Notes: a model not told the origin generated them from the letters alone. Shown: positions 49,848 to 60,916, counted from the first letter of the stretch. The stretch: 64,000 nucleotides of DNA from an uncultured Chlamydiae bacterium (GCA_963713615.1 CAVQMM010000001.1:864001-928000); one strand, 5' to 3'. Made by a program: numbers and translations.

Positions 49848-50866
49848 GGCTCCACTCCCTCGTTGAATTTGGCGGGTAACGACCGGCCTAGGTGTTGGTA
49901 GGCTCGAGCTGTCGCCTCACGCCCCCGCAAGGTTCGCTTAATAAAACCCTGTAGAATCAGGTAAGGTTCATAAACCTCCTCGACAGTGGACTTTTCCTCT
50001 CCAATCGCTACGGATAAGGTTCCAACTCCCACCGGACCACCTTGATAATGGTCTATAATAGTCTCTAAGATCTTTTTATCCAACTCATCTAATCCGATAG
50101 GATCGATGGCCAGCATATCCAATGCCTCGGAAACAACCTGGCGATCAACGCGGTTGCCCTTGCGCATTAAGGCAAAATCACGCACCCAACGGACCAAATT
50201 GTTAGCAATCCGCGGTGTTCCGCGCGACCGCAAAGCGATTTCGTTAGCGGCACCCTCGTCGATATCTAGATTGAGGATGCGCGCAGTACGTTGAATCATT
50301 TTCGTCAGGATCTCAGGGGTGTAGTAATCTAAACGGCAGGTCAAGCCAAAGCGTGAACGCAGTGGACTCGTCAGCAGCCCCATTCTTGTGGTAGCACCCA
50401 CCAAAGTAAAACGGTTGAGCTTAACCTGAACGCTGCGCGCGCTAGGACCACTATCGATTATGAGATCGAGGGTGAAATCCTCCATGGCCGGATATAAGTA
50501 CTCCTCGATGGTTCGCGACAGCCGATGGATTTCATCGATGAACAGGATATCACCGGGCTGCAGATTAGTCAGCAACCCCGCGAGGTCACCGGCCTTGTCG
50601 ATGACAGCCCCTGAAGTAACAGTAATATTTGTCCCCATCGCTTTAGCGAGGATATTCGCCAGCGTGGTTTTGCCAAGTCCGGGGGGGCCGCTGAAAAGAC
50701 TGTGTCCTAAAGGCTCGCCACGCTGCTTGGCAGCGCCGATGTAAACCTCGAGCCTTTCGCGGATCTTATCTTGGCCCAAAAAGTCGCCTAACGACTGCGG
50801 ACGAAGTGGAACCTCGAAGACTTCGTCTTCCTTAGACAATGATGATTCAATAAATCGTGACGTCAT
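49829..50866 (-). CDS. ruvB: Holliday junction branch-migration helicase
   Basis: LRPQSL, GPPGLGKTT, FIDEIHR, GATTR, SRGTPRIAN, GGPVG, YEPYL. Confidence 0.98.
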   Translation of the reverse strand: MTSRFIESSLSKEDEVFEVPLRPQSLGDFLGQDKIRERLEVYIGAAKQRGEPLGHSLFSGPPGLGKTTLANILAKAMGTNITVTSGAVIDKAGDLAGLLTNLQPGDILFIDEIHRLSRTIEEYLYPAMEDFTLDLIIDSGPSARSVQVKLNRFTLVGATTRMGLLTSPLRSRFGLTCRLDYYTPEILTKMIQRTARILNLDIDEGAANEIALRSRGTPRIANNLVRWVRDFALMRKGNRVDRQVVSEALDMLAIDPIGLDELDKKILETIIDHYQGGPVGVGTLSVAIGEEKSTVEEVYEPYLILQGFIKRTLRGREATARAYQHLGRSLPAKFNEGVEPCLFEV

Positions 50867-50869
50867 AAA

Positions 50870-52264
50870 CTAGAGCAACAATCCAATGACATGTAGGAAA
50901 ACCATCAACATTAAAAGGGGCGAGAGATATTTAAAGCAAAACCAAAAATAAGTCTTTAACCACGGACAGCGCTCAAACAAGTTGGTAGCGCCTAACTGCA
51001 AGTGCTTTAACGCTCCATTCACTCCCCACACCCAACCAACCATTAAAAGAGCCGCAAAGCCTCCTAATGGAATCAATATGTGAGTGGCAAAAAAGTCTAC
51101 CAGGTCGAGGAAATGAAGACCAAAAAGCGTCATGCCGCTGAAAACACTATACGACAGTGCCGCAGGAATGCCTAGAACAAAAGCAGCAAGACCAGAGACC
51201 ACTACGGCGCCGTGCCGTGATAAGCCCCATTCATCGAGCAGATAAGCGATTGTGGGTTCCAAGGCAGAAATCTCTGATGTCAAGGCCGCCAGAAAAACCA
51301 ACAGAAAGAATAGAAAGCCAAAGAACGCCCCACCCGGAATCTGATTAAATGCCAGGGGTAACGTCTGAAAGACCAACCCTGGGCCCGAGTCAGGCTCCAT
51401 CCCTACGGAAAACACAATGCAAAAGACGGCTACAGCAGCCAATAAGGAGGCCATGGTATCCATAATGACAGCAGGAAAGCAACTTGCAGTAACGTTCTCA
51501 TGCCTCTCCAGGTAGCTTCCGTAGGTCACCATCGTGCCCTGCCCTAAGCTGAGAGTAAAGAAGGATTGCCCCAAAGCGGCAAGGACAACGCCAGGAGTAA
51601 TAGACGTCCAATCTGGCTGAAAGAGATATCCCAAACCAATGGAAGCCTGCGGCATCGTCAGAGCCCTCCACACTAATGCCAGCAACATGATGAACAATAG
51701 AGGCATGAAAATCTTGTTGCACCTTTCAATCCCTGAACGCACACCAAGAAACAGAACTGAGCAGGATAAAAACATAAAGATCGCATGAAAACCAAGGCCC
51801 CACCACCAGGTGCTGATCAGACCATCAAAATGCTGAGAAGCCTCGTGAATGGTATGCAGCTCCGATAGCAGCCCTCGCCCAGCTTGGACAAGATATCCCA
51901 GAACCCAACCAGCAACCGCACTGTAGAAAGAGCTGACGATAAAGCCCGTGATGATTGTCCCAGCACCTATGTAGGACCAGGCTGGTCCACCGAGCTTTTC
52001 GAAGGCTGTTTTGGGATTTGCCTGTGAATTGCGACCGATAAGTACTTCGGCGATAAAGGTCGGGAAGCCGATAACGATCAGGGAAATGAGGTAGATGATG
52101 ATGAATGCCGCCCCACCGTGGCGTCCGACCATGAAGGGAAACTTCCAGATGTTTGCCAGGCCGATAGACGAGCCGGCAACCGCCAAGATAAAGCCTAAAC
52201 GTGTACCCCAATGTGCTCTTGTCATAACTAAGGAGTATAGTCCATCAACATTATTTTTGACCAA
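50870..52264 (-). CDS. Sodium-dependent transporter (NSS/SNF family)
   Basis: W.TRLGFILAVAGSSIGLANIWKFP, GGAAF, GIER, QSFFTLSLG, GPGLVF. Start may be ATG 52225. Confidence 0.94.
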   Translation of the reverse strand: MVKNNVDGLYSLVMTRAHWGTRLGFILAVAGSSIGLANIWKFPFMVGRHGGAAFIIIYLISLIVIGFPTFIAEVLIGRNSQANPKTAFEKLGGPAWSYIGAGTIITGFIVSSFYSAVAGWVLGYLVQAGRGLLSELHTIHEASQHFDGLISTWWWGLGFHAIFMFLSCSVLFLGVRSGIERCNKIFMPLLFIMLLALVWRALTMPQASIGLGYLFQPDWTSITPGVVLAALGQSFFTLSLGQGTMVTYGSYLERHENVTASCFPAVIMDTMASLLAAVAVFCIVFSVGMEPDSGPGLVFQTLPLAFNQIPGGAFFGFLFFLLVFLAALTSEISALEPTIAYLLDEWGLSRHGAVVVSGLAAFVLGIPAALSYSVFSGMTLFGLHFLDLVDFFATHILIPLGGFAALLMVGWVWGVNGALKHLQLGATNLFERCPWLKTYFWFCFKYLSPLLMLMVFLHVIGLLL

Positions 52265-52287
52265 GACTGTTCGCTTTAGCTATTAAA

Positions 52288-52373
52288 TCCCTCACAATCC
52301 TATCTAGGCGCGCAGCGCTTTGGAGTGCGGTCGCTTGCGACCGCTTTGGCTGCGCGCCGAATGGCGATTGTGA
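52288..52373. repeat. Family A REP, internally deleted single-hairpin copy
   Basis: ccctcacaatc..ggcgcgcagcgctttggagtgcggtcgcttgcgaccgctttggctgcgcgccg..cgattgtga. Confidence 0.85.
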
Positions 52374-52539
52374 TCCCAGCGCTCCCCCAATTCTTTCCAA
52401 GAACCCAAATTCTTTCCCCTCTATCCTATCTCAACGTTCTCTGCTATCAGAGAAGAAGTGTTGAACATATTTCCAAATCCTTCTAAACCCTAGAACAAGC
52501 TTAGAAATCATGTGATCGTTCCTTGCGTAAGGCAATAGG

Positions 52540-53685
52540 ATGAAACGCCGATATTTGATCGTTATTGTCACCATCCTCATCCTTTTCGGTGTTGCGTATT
52601 GCTTTGTTTTTGGGAGTTCTACCAACACCACCACGGAGGCAATACCGGCTGTTCCTGTGGTCGTCAAGACGGTACAAGCTAAACAAATTCACCTTTGGTA
52701 TGAGTTTTCAGGTCGTCTACAAGCTGTCGACAGTGTGGAAATTAGGCATGAAGTCAGTGGACGTATCACTCAAGTACGTTTTCAAGATGGCAATCGCGTA
52801 AAGGTTGGAGACATTCTCTTTGTTATTGATCCTAGACCCTACGAAGCTGCTGTAGCGCGTGCAGAAGCAACCCTAGCCACGGCCATTTCCGATGCACATT
52901 TTGCTAAAATCGAACTGGAACGCGCAGAGAATATGGTCAAAACAGAAGCCGTTGCACAGCGTATTTTTGATGAGCGTTCTAAAGATAACGATACCGCTGT
53001 GGCTGCAGTTAAGTCTGCTGAAGCTCAGCTTAAGCAGGCTAATTTGGATCTTGAACATGCCTACGTCCGATCTCCTATCGCTGGTCGTGCGGGTCGCGTA
53101 GAAATAACGCTTGGTAACTTGGTGCAGGCTGGACCTAATGCACCCTTGATGACTCGGGTCAATTCCAGCGACCCCATCTACGCGGACTTTGATGTCGACG
53201 AACAGACCTACATTCAAAGCATTCGGCACGCTGCTGACAATCAAAGTTTGGAACGGCATGTTCCAGTAGAACTCTCTGTACAGGGAGATAAGGAATACAG
53301 CTATATAGGGACGATTTACAGCTTTGACAATCGTTTAGATCCCTCCAGTGGGACAATTCGCGCGCGTGCTAAGTTCACTAATACCGATGGTGTGTTGGTC
53401 CCGGGGATGTTTGTCACCGTAAAGATCGCCAGTGGTGATAAAAAAGACGTCTTCTTGATACCACAACGTGCTATCGGTTACGATCAAAACAAAAAATATG
53501 TGTACATCGTGGACAAAGATCAAAAGGCTGAATATCGTCCCATTGAACTGGGACCCGAAGTAGAGAACCAACGCGTTGTTTTGAAGGGACTAAGCGCAGG
53601 AGACCGCGTGATTGTCAACGGCCTGCAGCATGTCAAACCTGGATCAGTCGTAACTGCCAAAGAAGAAGGCGCAAATGACGGCTAA
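52540..53685 (+). CDS. RND efflux periplasmic adaptor (MFP)
   Basis: N-terminal anchor, VSGRI, G.RVKVGD.LFVIDPRPY, SPIAGR, GTIRARA, PGMFV. Confidence 0.95.
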   Translation: MKRRYLIVIVTILILFGVAYCFVFGSSTNTTTEAIPAVPVVVKTVQAKQIHLWYEFSGRLQAVDSVEIRHEVSGRITQVRFQDGNRVKVGDILFVIDPRPYEAAVARAEATLATAISDAHFAKIELERAENMVKTEAVAQRIFDERSKDNDTAVAAVKSAEAQLKQANLDLEHAYVRSPIAGRAGRVEITLGNLVQAGPNAPLMTRVNSSDPIYADFDVDEQTYIQSIRHAADNQSLERHVPVELSVQGDKEYSYIGTIYSFDNRLDPSSGTIRARAKFTNTDGVLVPGMFVTVKIASGDKKDVFLIPQRAIGYDQNKKYVYIVDKDQKAEYRPIELGPEVENQRVVLKGLSAGDRVIVNGLQHVKPGSVVTAKEEGANDG

Positions 53686-56600
53686 CATTGGCAGTAGCAA
53701 ATCCTTAAATATTTCCCGCTTCTTCATCGATCGCCCCATCTTTGCTGGTGTCATTTCCTTCATGATCTTTCTGGCAGGTCTACTTTCGGTATTTCAGCTA
53801 CCCGTGTCAGAGTATCCTCAAGTGGTCCCTCCAACAGTCGTTGTAACGGCAAGTTTTCCTGGTGCTAATCCCAAAGTCATTGCCGAAACCGTTGCCACAC
53901 CTCTTGAGGAACAGATTAACGGCACCGAAAACATGCTCTATATGACCTCACAATCCTCTAATGATGGTGTATTGACTTTAACAATCACCTTTCGACTGGG
54001 GACTGATCCTGATCTTGCCACACAGCTTGTGCAAAACCGGGTTAACCAAGCGCTACCGCGCTTGCCCGAGGTCACTAGAGAGCTCGGAGTGACAACCACC
54101 AAAAGCTCTCCTGACTTAACGATGGTCGTTCACCTCAATTCGCCAAATGATCGCTATGACATGCTTTATTTGCGCAATTATGCCCTGCTTAACGTCAAGG
54201 ACCAGTTAGCCAAAATTCAGGGCGTAGGCAATGTCGGACTATTTGGTTCGGGCGACTACGCCATGCGCATTTGGTTGAATCCACAGAAAATCGCTGAGCG
54301 CAAACTTAACGCTCAGGAAGTTGTCAATGCCGTTAGAAGGCAAAACGTGCAGGTGTCAGCAGGCGTCATCGGAGGCCCGCCATACGCAAAAGGTGTTGAG
54401 CTACAATTACCCGTCAACGTGCTGGGAAGGCTGCAAGATCCGGAGGAGTTTGGAGAAATCATCGTCAAGCAGGAGGGTGGGGTTGTTACCAAACTGAAGG
54501 ATATTGCGGGAATCGATATTGACGCCTCTGAATATGGGCTTCGTTCCTTATTAAACAATAAAGCGGCTGTTGCCATTCCCATTTTTCAGACTCCAGGCGC
54601 CAATGCCATTCAGATATCTAATCAGGTACGTCAAACAATGGCGCAACTCAAGGCTAATTTTCCCGATGGGGTAGACTATGACATTGTTTATGATCCTACC
54701 ATCTTTGTACGAGATTCCATCACAGCAGTGATTCACACGTTACTCGAGGCCTTGGCTTTGGTGGTTCTCGTCGTGATCGTCTTTTTGCAAACATGGCGCG
54801 CTTCAATCATCCCGCTTTTGGCGGTACCTGTGTCGATCGTAGGAACATTCGCGATCATGCATCTCTTTGGTTTTTCCATTAATGCCCTGTCTTTGTTTGG
54901 GCTCGTTCTTGCCATCGGTATCGTGGTGGATGATGCCATTGTCGTCGTCGAGAATGTCGAACGGCATATTGAAGATGGCATGAAACCTCGCGAAGCCACG
55001 ATACAAGCCATGAGCGAAGTGACAAGCCCTATTATCGCTATCACGCTGGTCCTATGCGCTGTATTTATCCCTGTCAGCTTCATTAGTGGGTTGACGGGAC
55101 AATTCTATCGACAATTTGCTTTAACAATAGCCTTTTCGACGGTCATTTCTGCATTTAATTCTCTGACCCTCAGCCCAGCACTCGCTTGCATCCTCTTAAA
55201 AGAACGCGATGCTCCCAAAGACAAGCTGACATCTATGATGGATTCCCTATTTGGGTTCTTTTTTAAGTGGTTCAATAGTTTTTTCCATCAGAGCTCTAAG
55301 CGCTATGGAAAGGGCGTTTTTAAAACACTGCGCCACACCAAATTCGCCTTTGGATTTTATGTGGTCTTGATGGTGGCTACCTATACACTCTTCCATCTTG
55401 TCCCCACAGGCTTTGTACCTACCCAGGACAAACAATATTTGGTGAGTTTTGCTCAGCTTCCCGAAGGAGCCACCCTAGACCGTACAGAGAAGGTGATTCG
55501 CGAAATGTCTGAGATAGCCCTAAAGGAACCAGGGGTGCAAAGTGCCGTCGCTTTTCCTGGTCTTTCCATTAATGGTTTTATCAATAATGCGAGCTCGGGC
55601 ATTGTATTTGTCACATTAAAACCTTTTGATGAGCGAAAGTCATCCGATCTTTCAGGCTTTGCTATTTCTCAAAAGCTGCAGAACAAGTTTTCGGGCATGC
55701 AAGATGCCTTCATAGCCATCTTTCCCCCTCCAGCCGTTGAGGGACTTGGCACTATAGGAGGCTTTAAATTACAACTCGAAGATCGTGCTGACTTGGGATA
55801 TGATGCCCTAGATAGCGCTGTGAAAGAGATTATTGCTAAGGCCAATACCGCTCCGGAACTTGAAGGCGCCTTCTCCAGTTTTAAAAATAATACACCTCAG
55901 CTTTTTGTTGATTTGGATCGAACCAAAGCCATGCAGCTAGGCGTCGATGTGCAGGATATCTTCGACGCCATGCAAATCTATTTGGGGTCTCTTTACATCA
56001 ACGACTTCAATAAATTTGGGCGCACCTTCCAAGTGATTGCGCAGGCCGATAAGCAATTTCGCTCTAAAGCAAGTGACATATTGAAATTACAGACACGTAA
56101 TCGCGATGGAAATATGGTGCCTCTCGGCTCTGTACTACATGTCACGGATGTCACGGGTCCTGAAACAGCCATCCGTTACAATGCTTTTCTTTCTGCAGAT
56201 ATCAACGGAGCTCCAGCTTCAGGGTACTCCACCGGCCAGGCACAGCAAGCCATCGTTAAAATCCTCAATGAAACACTCCCAAAAGGCATAAGTTATGAGT
56301 GGACAGAACTCACCTATCAACAAATCCTTGCTGGCAATACAACCATGTACGTGTTCCCACTCTGCATTCTGTTGGTGTTTTTGGTGTTGTCAGCGAAATA
56401 TGAAAGCCTATTCTTACCGCTAATTATCATTTTAATTGTTCCACTATGCCTGCTATGCGCCATTGCCGGAGTGCGAATCTCTGGTGGTGACAACAACGTC
56501 TTCACCCAAATCGGCTTCTTTGTCCTTGCAGGATTGGCCTGCAAAAATGCCATTCTAATTGTTGAGTTTGCTCGCGAATTAGAATTTCATGGCGCTAGAA

Positions 56601-56866
56601 CAGTCCCTGCAGCATTAGAGGCGGCACGCTTGCGACTCAGGCCCATCCTGATGACTTCATTTGCGTTCATCATGGGAGTGGTGCCTTTAGTCCTATCAAC
56701 CGGTGCTGGGGCAGAAATGCGGCATGCTATGGGCGTCGCAGTTTTTTCAGGGATGCTCGGTGTGACCTGCTTTGGACTATTTTTTACTCCGGTCTTCTAC
56801 GTCATCCTACGCACTTTGGAGAAAAAAATTACTAGAACGGAAAAGGTTCATCACCATGCAGAATAG
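53675..56866 (+). CDS. RND efflux permease (HAE1; MexF/OqxB-like)
   Basis: FFIDRPIFA, AIGIVVDDAIVVVENV, LTLSPAL, KNAILIVEFA, RLRPILMTS. Confidence 0.96.
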   Translation: MTANIGSSKSLNISRFFIDRPIFAGVISFMIFLAGLLSVFQLPVSEYPQVVPPTVVVTASFPGANPKVIAETVATPLEEQINGTENMLYMTSQSSNDGVLTLTITFRLGTDPDLATQLVQNRVNQALPRLPEVTRELGVTTTKSSPDLTMVVHLNSPNDRYDMLYLRNYALLNVKDQLAKIQGVGNVGLFGSGDYAMRIWLNPQKIAERKLNAQEVVNAVRRQNVQVSAGVIGGPPYAKGVELQLPVNVLGRLQDPEEFGEIIVKQEGGVVTKLKDIAGIDIDASEYGLRSLLNNKAAVAIPIFQTPGANAIQISNQVRQTMAQLKANFPDGVDYDIVYDPTIFVRDSITAVIHTLLEALALVVLVVIVFLQTWRASIIPLLAVPVSIVGTFAIMHLFGFSINALSLFGLVLAIGIVVDDAIVVVENVERHIEDGMKPREATIQAMSEVTSPIIAITLVLCAVFIPVSFISGLTGQFYRQFALTIAFSTVISAFNSLTLSPALACILLKERDAPKDKLTSMMDSLFGFFFKWFNSFFHQSSKRYGKGVFKTLRHTKFAFGFYVVLMVATYTLFHLVPTGFVPTQDKQYLVSFAQLPEGATLDRTEKVIREMSEIALKEPGVQSAVAFPGLSINGFINNASSGIVFVTLKPFDERKSSDLSGFAISQKLQNKFSGMQDAFIAIFPPPAVEGLGTIGGFKLQLEDRADLGYDALDSAVKEIIAKANTAPELEGAFSSFKNNTPQLFVDLDRTKAMQLGVDVQDIFDAMQIYLGSLYINDFNKFGRTFQVIAQADKQFRSKASDILKLQTRNRDGNMVPLGSVLHVTDVTGPETAIRYNAFLSADINGAPASGYSTGQAQQAIVKILNETLPKGISYEWTELTYQQILAGNTTMYVFPLCILLVFLVLSAKYESLFLPLIIILIVPLCLLCAIAGVRISGGDNNVFTQIGFFVLAGLACKNAILIVEFARELEFHGARTVPAALEAARLRLRPILMTSFAFIMGVVPLVLSTGAGAEMRHAMGVAVFSGMLGVTCFGLFFTPVFYVILRTLEKKITRTEKVHHHAE

Positions 56867-58262
56867 GATACCACACGCGTTCACATTCACCTTTTCGTTG
56901 GCCCTCATGCTGCTTTCTGCGTGCAACACACCATCCACTCGAGACTCCGATATCGACATTCCATGCTTGTGGAATAGCTTTAAAGACATGTCAGAAGATC
57001 TCCCGCTCGTTGTCGATGATTGCGCTGCTGTCGAACAACGTTGGTGGTCTGGTTTTGGAGACCCTATCTTAAACACTCTCATCGCCAAGGCCCTGGAGCA
57101 AAATAGAACCATCGCAATTGCAGCGACGCGTATTCAAGAAGCTCGAGCCGTCCGTGTTGCAGCCTTCTCCATTCTTTTTCCAAAGCTAAACCTAACAGCA
57201 GATGCCAACTATGGGAACCAAGGGTTTTACACGAATGGAAACACTCTAGCTTATGATGATGCAGCCATCCAAGCAACCTGGGAATTTGACCTTTTCGGTA
57301 AGAATCGAGAACGCCTAGATTCCGCAAATGCCCTTGTAGAGGCGGCTGTTATCATGCGACAAGCCGCTATAGTCTCTCTACTTGCAGAGGTTGCCAACGC
57401 GTATTTTGACCTCCATAACTATCGCACCCAAATTGTTATCACGAAAGAAAACCTGGAAAGCCAACAGAGAACTTATGAACTCACCCAGGAGCAGATGAAG
57501 GGAGCCTTAGCTAGCGATTTCGACGTTCAAAGAGCCGGAGCATTAGTATCCACTACAGAAGCACGGATCCCCTTGTTACAAATTGGCTATGATATGGCGC
57601 GCAATCGTTTGAATGTCCTCCTAGGCAGCACTCCCACCGATAACAGTGATCTTTTTGAAATAGAGGAAAAATTACGCCCCCTTGATCAGCATATCCTTAT
57701 TTCGGCACCAGCAACGGTTTTAGCGACTCGCCCCGATGTTCGAGCTGCAGAGCGACAGTTTGCTGCAAGTATCTCCGAAACGAATGCTGCCATCAGAGAA
57801 CTCTTCCCAAACATCAGCTTACTGGCCTTCTTTGGGGCGCAAGGAATGACCCTATTTAACACTGCCCCCACCTGGAACCTTGTGGCTAATCTGGTGCAAC
57901 CCTTGCTAAATTTTGGAAACATCGAAGCCGATATCATCAACGCCGACGCACGCGAATGGAGAGCTTATCTTGAATACCAAGAGACCACTCTGAATGCATT
58001 AGAAGAAATGGAAAATGCTCTAACCAGCTACCTTCGCGAGATCGTGCGTAACGGGTCATTACGAAAAGCCACAGAACAAAACCTCAGGGCTGTGGACTTG
58101 GCTCAGCAACAATATGTTAATGGCTACACAGGTCTTCTCGATGTGTTGGTCGTAAAACGCAATGCCTTAGACATCGAGTCCAACCTAGCAGAGTCTGATA
58201 TTAAGCTTAGAAAGAGCTTGGTGGATATCTATACTGCCGCCGGTGGAGGCTGGGCCTACTAA
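56856..58262 (+). CDS. Outer-membrane efflux lipoprotein (OprM/NodT family)
   Basis: Lipobox LLSAC, WWSGFGDP.L, WEFDLFG, RPDVRAAE, AGGGW; start set to ATG 56856. Confidence 0.93.
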   Translation: MQNRIPHAFTFTFSLALMLLSACNTPSTRDSDIDIPCLWNSFKDMSEDLPLVVDDCAAVEQRWWSGFGDPILNTLIAKALEQNRTIAIAATRIQEARAVRVAAFSILFPKLNLTADANYGNQGFYTNGNTLAYDDAAIQATWEFDLFGKNRERLDSANALVEAAVIMRQAAIVSLLAEVANAYFDLHNYRTQIVITKENLESQQRTYELTQEQMKGALASDFDVQRAGALVSTTEARIPLLQIGYDMARNRLNVLLGSTPTDNSDLFEIEEKLRPLDQHILISAPATVLATRPDVRAAERQFAASISETNAAIRELFPNISLLAFFGAQGMTLFNTAPTWNLVANLVQPLLNFGNIEADIINADAREWRAYLEYQETTLNALEEMENALTSYLREIVRNGSLRKATEQNLRAVDLAQQQYVNGYTGLLDVLVVKRNALDIESNLAESDIKLRKSLVDIYTAAGGGWAY

Positions 58263-58345
58263 ATTAGATAGCTTCCAAACAATAGGCCACTTATGCTATG
58301 GTGACCGCGTATTTGTTGAAATGGAGAGATTTCACTTAAATACTT

Positions 58346-58459
58346 GATGGACTAAATGGACATAAGTGGACCTAGTGGACAAAGAGTTAAGAGTAACAAA
58401 TCCAAACTGTGGTTTTGTCCATATTGTCCAGTCAGTCCATGATGTCCATTAAGTCCATC
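58346..58459. repeat. Short-period TGGAC / GTCCA inverted array
   Basis: Four TGGAC units at 9-10 nt spacing followed by five GTCCA units. Confidence 0.75.
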
Positions 58460-58596
58460 GGCTTCCAGACGAAGAAGCCTTACAAGCATCTTTAATAGAT
58501 CTTAATGCTGTTAGTATCTAATAGCGGCGAAAAAAGACTATGATGGCTGACAAGACATCGTAGGAACATAAGACCTAATGGAGAGGAGGGTTTTCC

Positions 58597-59433
58597 ATGG
58601 GTAACGAAGGGGCATATGATACGATTGCTGAAATCGCCGGCAATCAAGAAGCCTACAATTCATGCGATCTGAAAGAGCTTTCGCTAGAACAAGCCATTCG
58701 CCTCATGCAATTGCACAAAATGCATAAGGCTCAAAAAGAGATGGTTTCGATGAGCCAAGACCTCAAGGACCGTCATCGCAAGGTCCATGAGCTTCATAAG
58801 CTGCTGCAACTCATTCAGAAAAATACCATTCAAGAAGATGGCCCAGACCGCGGTAAGCTCAAGCTCACGCACCCTAACCTCAAAAATCCACATGTTGAGC
58901 TAGCTGCAGACCTCAGCCGAGCCCTTAAGGGTCAAACCAAGCAAGTCTTGGCAAAGGATGGTTCCAAACAATTGCGCATTGACCTCACGGATGATGCCAA
59001 CCAATCCATCCGCGATCTACTCGTTAAGGCCAAGGTAAACGGCTTGGAAGTCGAACTCAAAGACGTCTACGAGGGTGAAGAGGTCCAAAAGCTTCAAGAT
59101 GCCATCAAAGCTATGACCGGTATCCAAAGTGATGATGCCTGGAACAAAGTTAAAGATATCCTCGAACTGCGCATACGCCTGCAACAAGCCAAAGAAGTTT
59201 ATGGCATCGAATTCAAATGGCCCGCAGACGAATATCCTCGCGAAGATCGCGAAGCTCTCACAACGGCCATTGACACGACGTGCAAAGACTTAAATCTGCA
59301 AAATGACATGCAGATGCATGATATCAACCGCGCCTATCAGGAAAGACTGGAAATCTTGCAGATGGCACGTTCCATCATCAAGACTTTACATGACGACAAG
59401 ATCCACAAATCGCGCTCATCAGGTTCACGTTAA
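58597..59433 (+). CDS. Putative T3SS tip/filament protein (Bsp22/EspA-like termini)
   Basis: Coiled-coil N-terminus LSLEQAIRLMQ..VHELHKLL and C-terminus DLNLQNDMQMHDINRAYQERLEILQMARSIIKTLHDDK; directly upstream of translocator-like genes. Confidence 0.5.
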   Translation: MGNEGAYDTIAEIAGNQEAYNSCDLKELSLEQAIRLMQLHKMHKAQKEMVSMSQDLKDRHRKVHELHKLLQLIQKNTIQEDGPDRGKLKLTHPNLKNPHVELAADLSRALKGQTKQVLAKDGSKQLRIDLTDDANQSIRDLLVKAKVNGLEVELKDVYEGEEVQKLQDAIKAMTGIQSDDAWNKVKDILELRIRLQQAKEVYGIEFKWPADEYPREDREALTTAIDTTCKDLNLQNDMQMHDINRAYQERLEILQMARSIIKTLHDDKIHKSRSSGSR

Positions 59434-59439
59434 GGATAA

Positions 59440-60891
59440 GTGATGTCGGGAATAGAAATTGATAATGATGTTGGCCGCCTAGATCACGGGTACATTCCTG
59501 CTGATTGGGGCATTCAGGACTACCATACTGGGATTCCTTCGAAGGAAGAACAGGAAAAAAAATCCGCAAGCTTGCCGGCTAGCTGGTATGCCGATTCTAT
59601 CGCTACCCATCCCAAGAACATTGTGCATGGTGCGGCAGAATCCACTAACTCCATCGTGCCTTCAAAACAGGTGCTGTTTGGTTGGTCGAGCAGCGATACG
59701 CAATCGAGTGCTGAAGGCACTGAGAAAACAGAAGAATCCTCCAGCTCCTGGTGGGGATCTATGATTGGTGGGCTTAAAAACCTGATGGGACTATCTTCTG
59801 CTGAAGAATCTCAGGCAGCCGTTCAAGTTGACGAAAGCCAAGCTGTATCTTCATCGTGGTATGAGTACCTGAATCCTTCAGGGGTCATGACGGGTGTCTC
59901 AGATATGGTCAAAGGGCTATGGGGAACCATTACCTTCGCTGAAACAGCCTTCAGCGACCCTAATGTCAAAAGCGTAGAAATCCCCGTTACCAATCCAGAC
60001 GGCACTGCAAATCCCTTTGGTGGACGTCGCATCACGCGTGACGACTACCGTGAGCTCCTACGCTTCCGAGATGACACCCAAGAGCTGATGGATAGACTCA
60101 CCGCCGCTGAAAAAGATGGAAACTTGGAAGCTCTAATCGTTGCTTTGACCAAGGCATTGGCAACCGATAAAGAAGACGAATTCGACTACCAAAAGAAGAA
60201 GCTTGCAGAGAGCCATAAGGAACGCGATGCAGACCTCAAGCTGCGCGATAAGGCCTCTGTTCAACTGTTGAGCCGAATCAAAGACAACCGTTGGTGGGAC
60301 TGGTTCTACGAATCCACAACACAAACATCGCTAGCTTTTGGTGGCTTAGCACTAGGGGTAGCGTCGGGAGTATGGGGTTGGGCTCTTCCCATGATCGCCT
60401 TCTCGGGCGTTGGCTTGGTGAACTCATACCTTAACAGTGGCATAGAAAAGTCTGCTGCTAGCGTTACTGCAAAACCCACCAGCTGGATCTTTGGTAGTGA
60501 CTACCAAGAAACAGTCTCTAGGCATACCGAAAAGTGGAAGACTGCCCACAAGGTATTTTGGTGGGCTATGACCCTTGCGGCGCCTGGTATGATTGCTGCG
60601 AGTAATATCGGAGCCGTCGGCGAGGGCTTGGTAAAAGCTCTCTTTGGGGGCTTCGGCATCATGCAAAACTTAGGCCAAAGCCGGAAAGTCTACCTGCACG
60701 ACCAAACACGTAAGTTACAAGCTGAAATAGACTACCGTCACGATCGTCTGAGAGAGGCTGAAAAGTCCATTAGCTCGGGAATTTCGGGGCTGACAAGCAC
60801 TTATAAAAGTTATTCCTCCACTTGGAAGGAAGGGCAACGCATGCTCAAACAGACAGCGCGCCTCGTTAAAAGTTTTTTCATGAAAAATTAA
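59440..60891 (+). CDS. CopB/YopB-like major translocator
   Basis: Ser-rich N-terminus, coiled coil, hydrophobic hairpin (LAFGGLALGVASGVWGWALPMIAFSGVGLV), second hydrophobic block, C-terminal coiled coil. Confidence 0.6.
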   Translation: MMSGIEIDNDVGRLDHGYIPADWGIQDYHTGIPSKEEQEKKSASLPASWYADSIATHPKNIVHGAAESTNSIVPSKQVLFGWSSSDTQSSAEGTEKTEESSSSWWGSMIGGLKNLMGLSSAEESQAAVQVDESQAVSSSWYEYLNPSGVMTGVSDMVKGLWGTITFAETAFSDPNVKSVEIPVTNPDGTANPFGGRRITRDDYRELLRFRDDTQELMDRLTAAEKDGNLEALIVALTKALATDKEDEFDYQKKKLAESHKERDADLKLRDKASVQLLSRIKDNRWWDWFYESTTQTSLAFGGLALGVASGVWGWALPMIAFSGVGLVNSYLNSGIEKSAASVTAKPTSWIFGSDYQETVSRHTEKWKTAHKVFWWAMTLAAPGMIAASNIGAVGEGLVKALFGGFGIMQNLGQSRKVYLHDQTRKLQAEIDYRHDRLREAEKSISSGISGLTSTYKSYSSTWKEGQRMLKQTARLVKSFFMKN

Positions 60892-60916
60892 ATGGGTACA
60901 TACTAGGAGCATCCCT

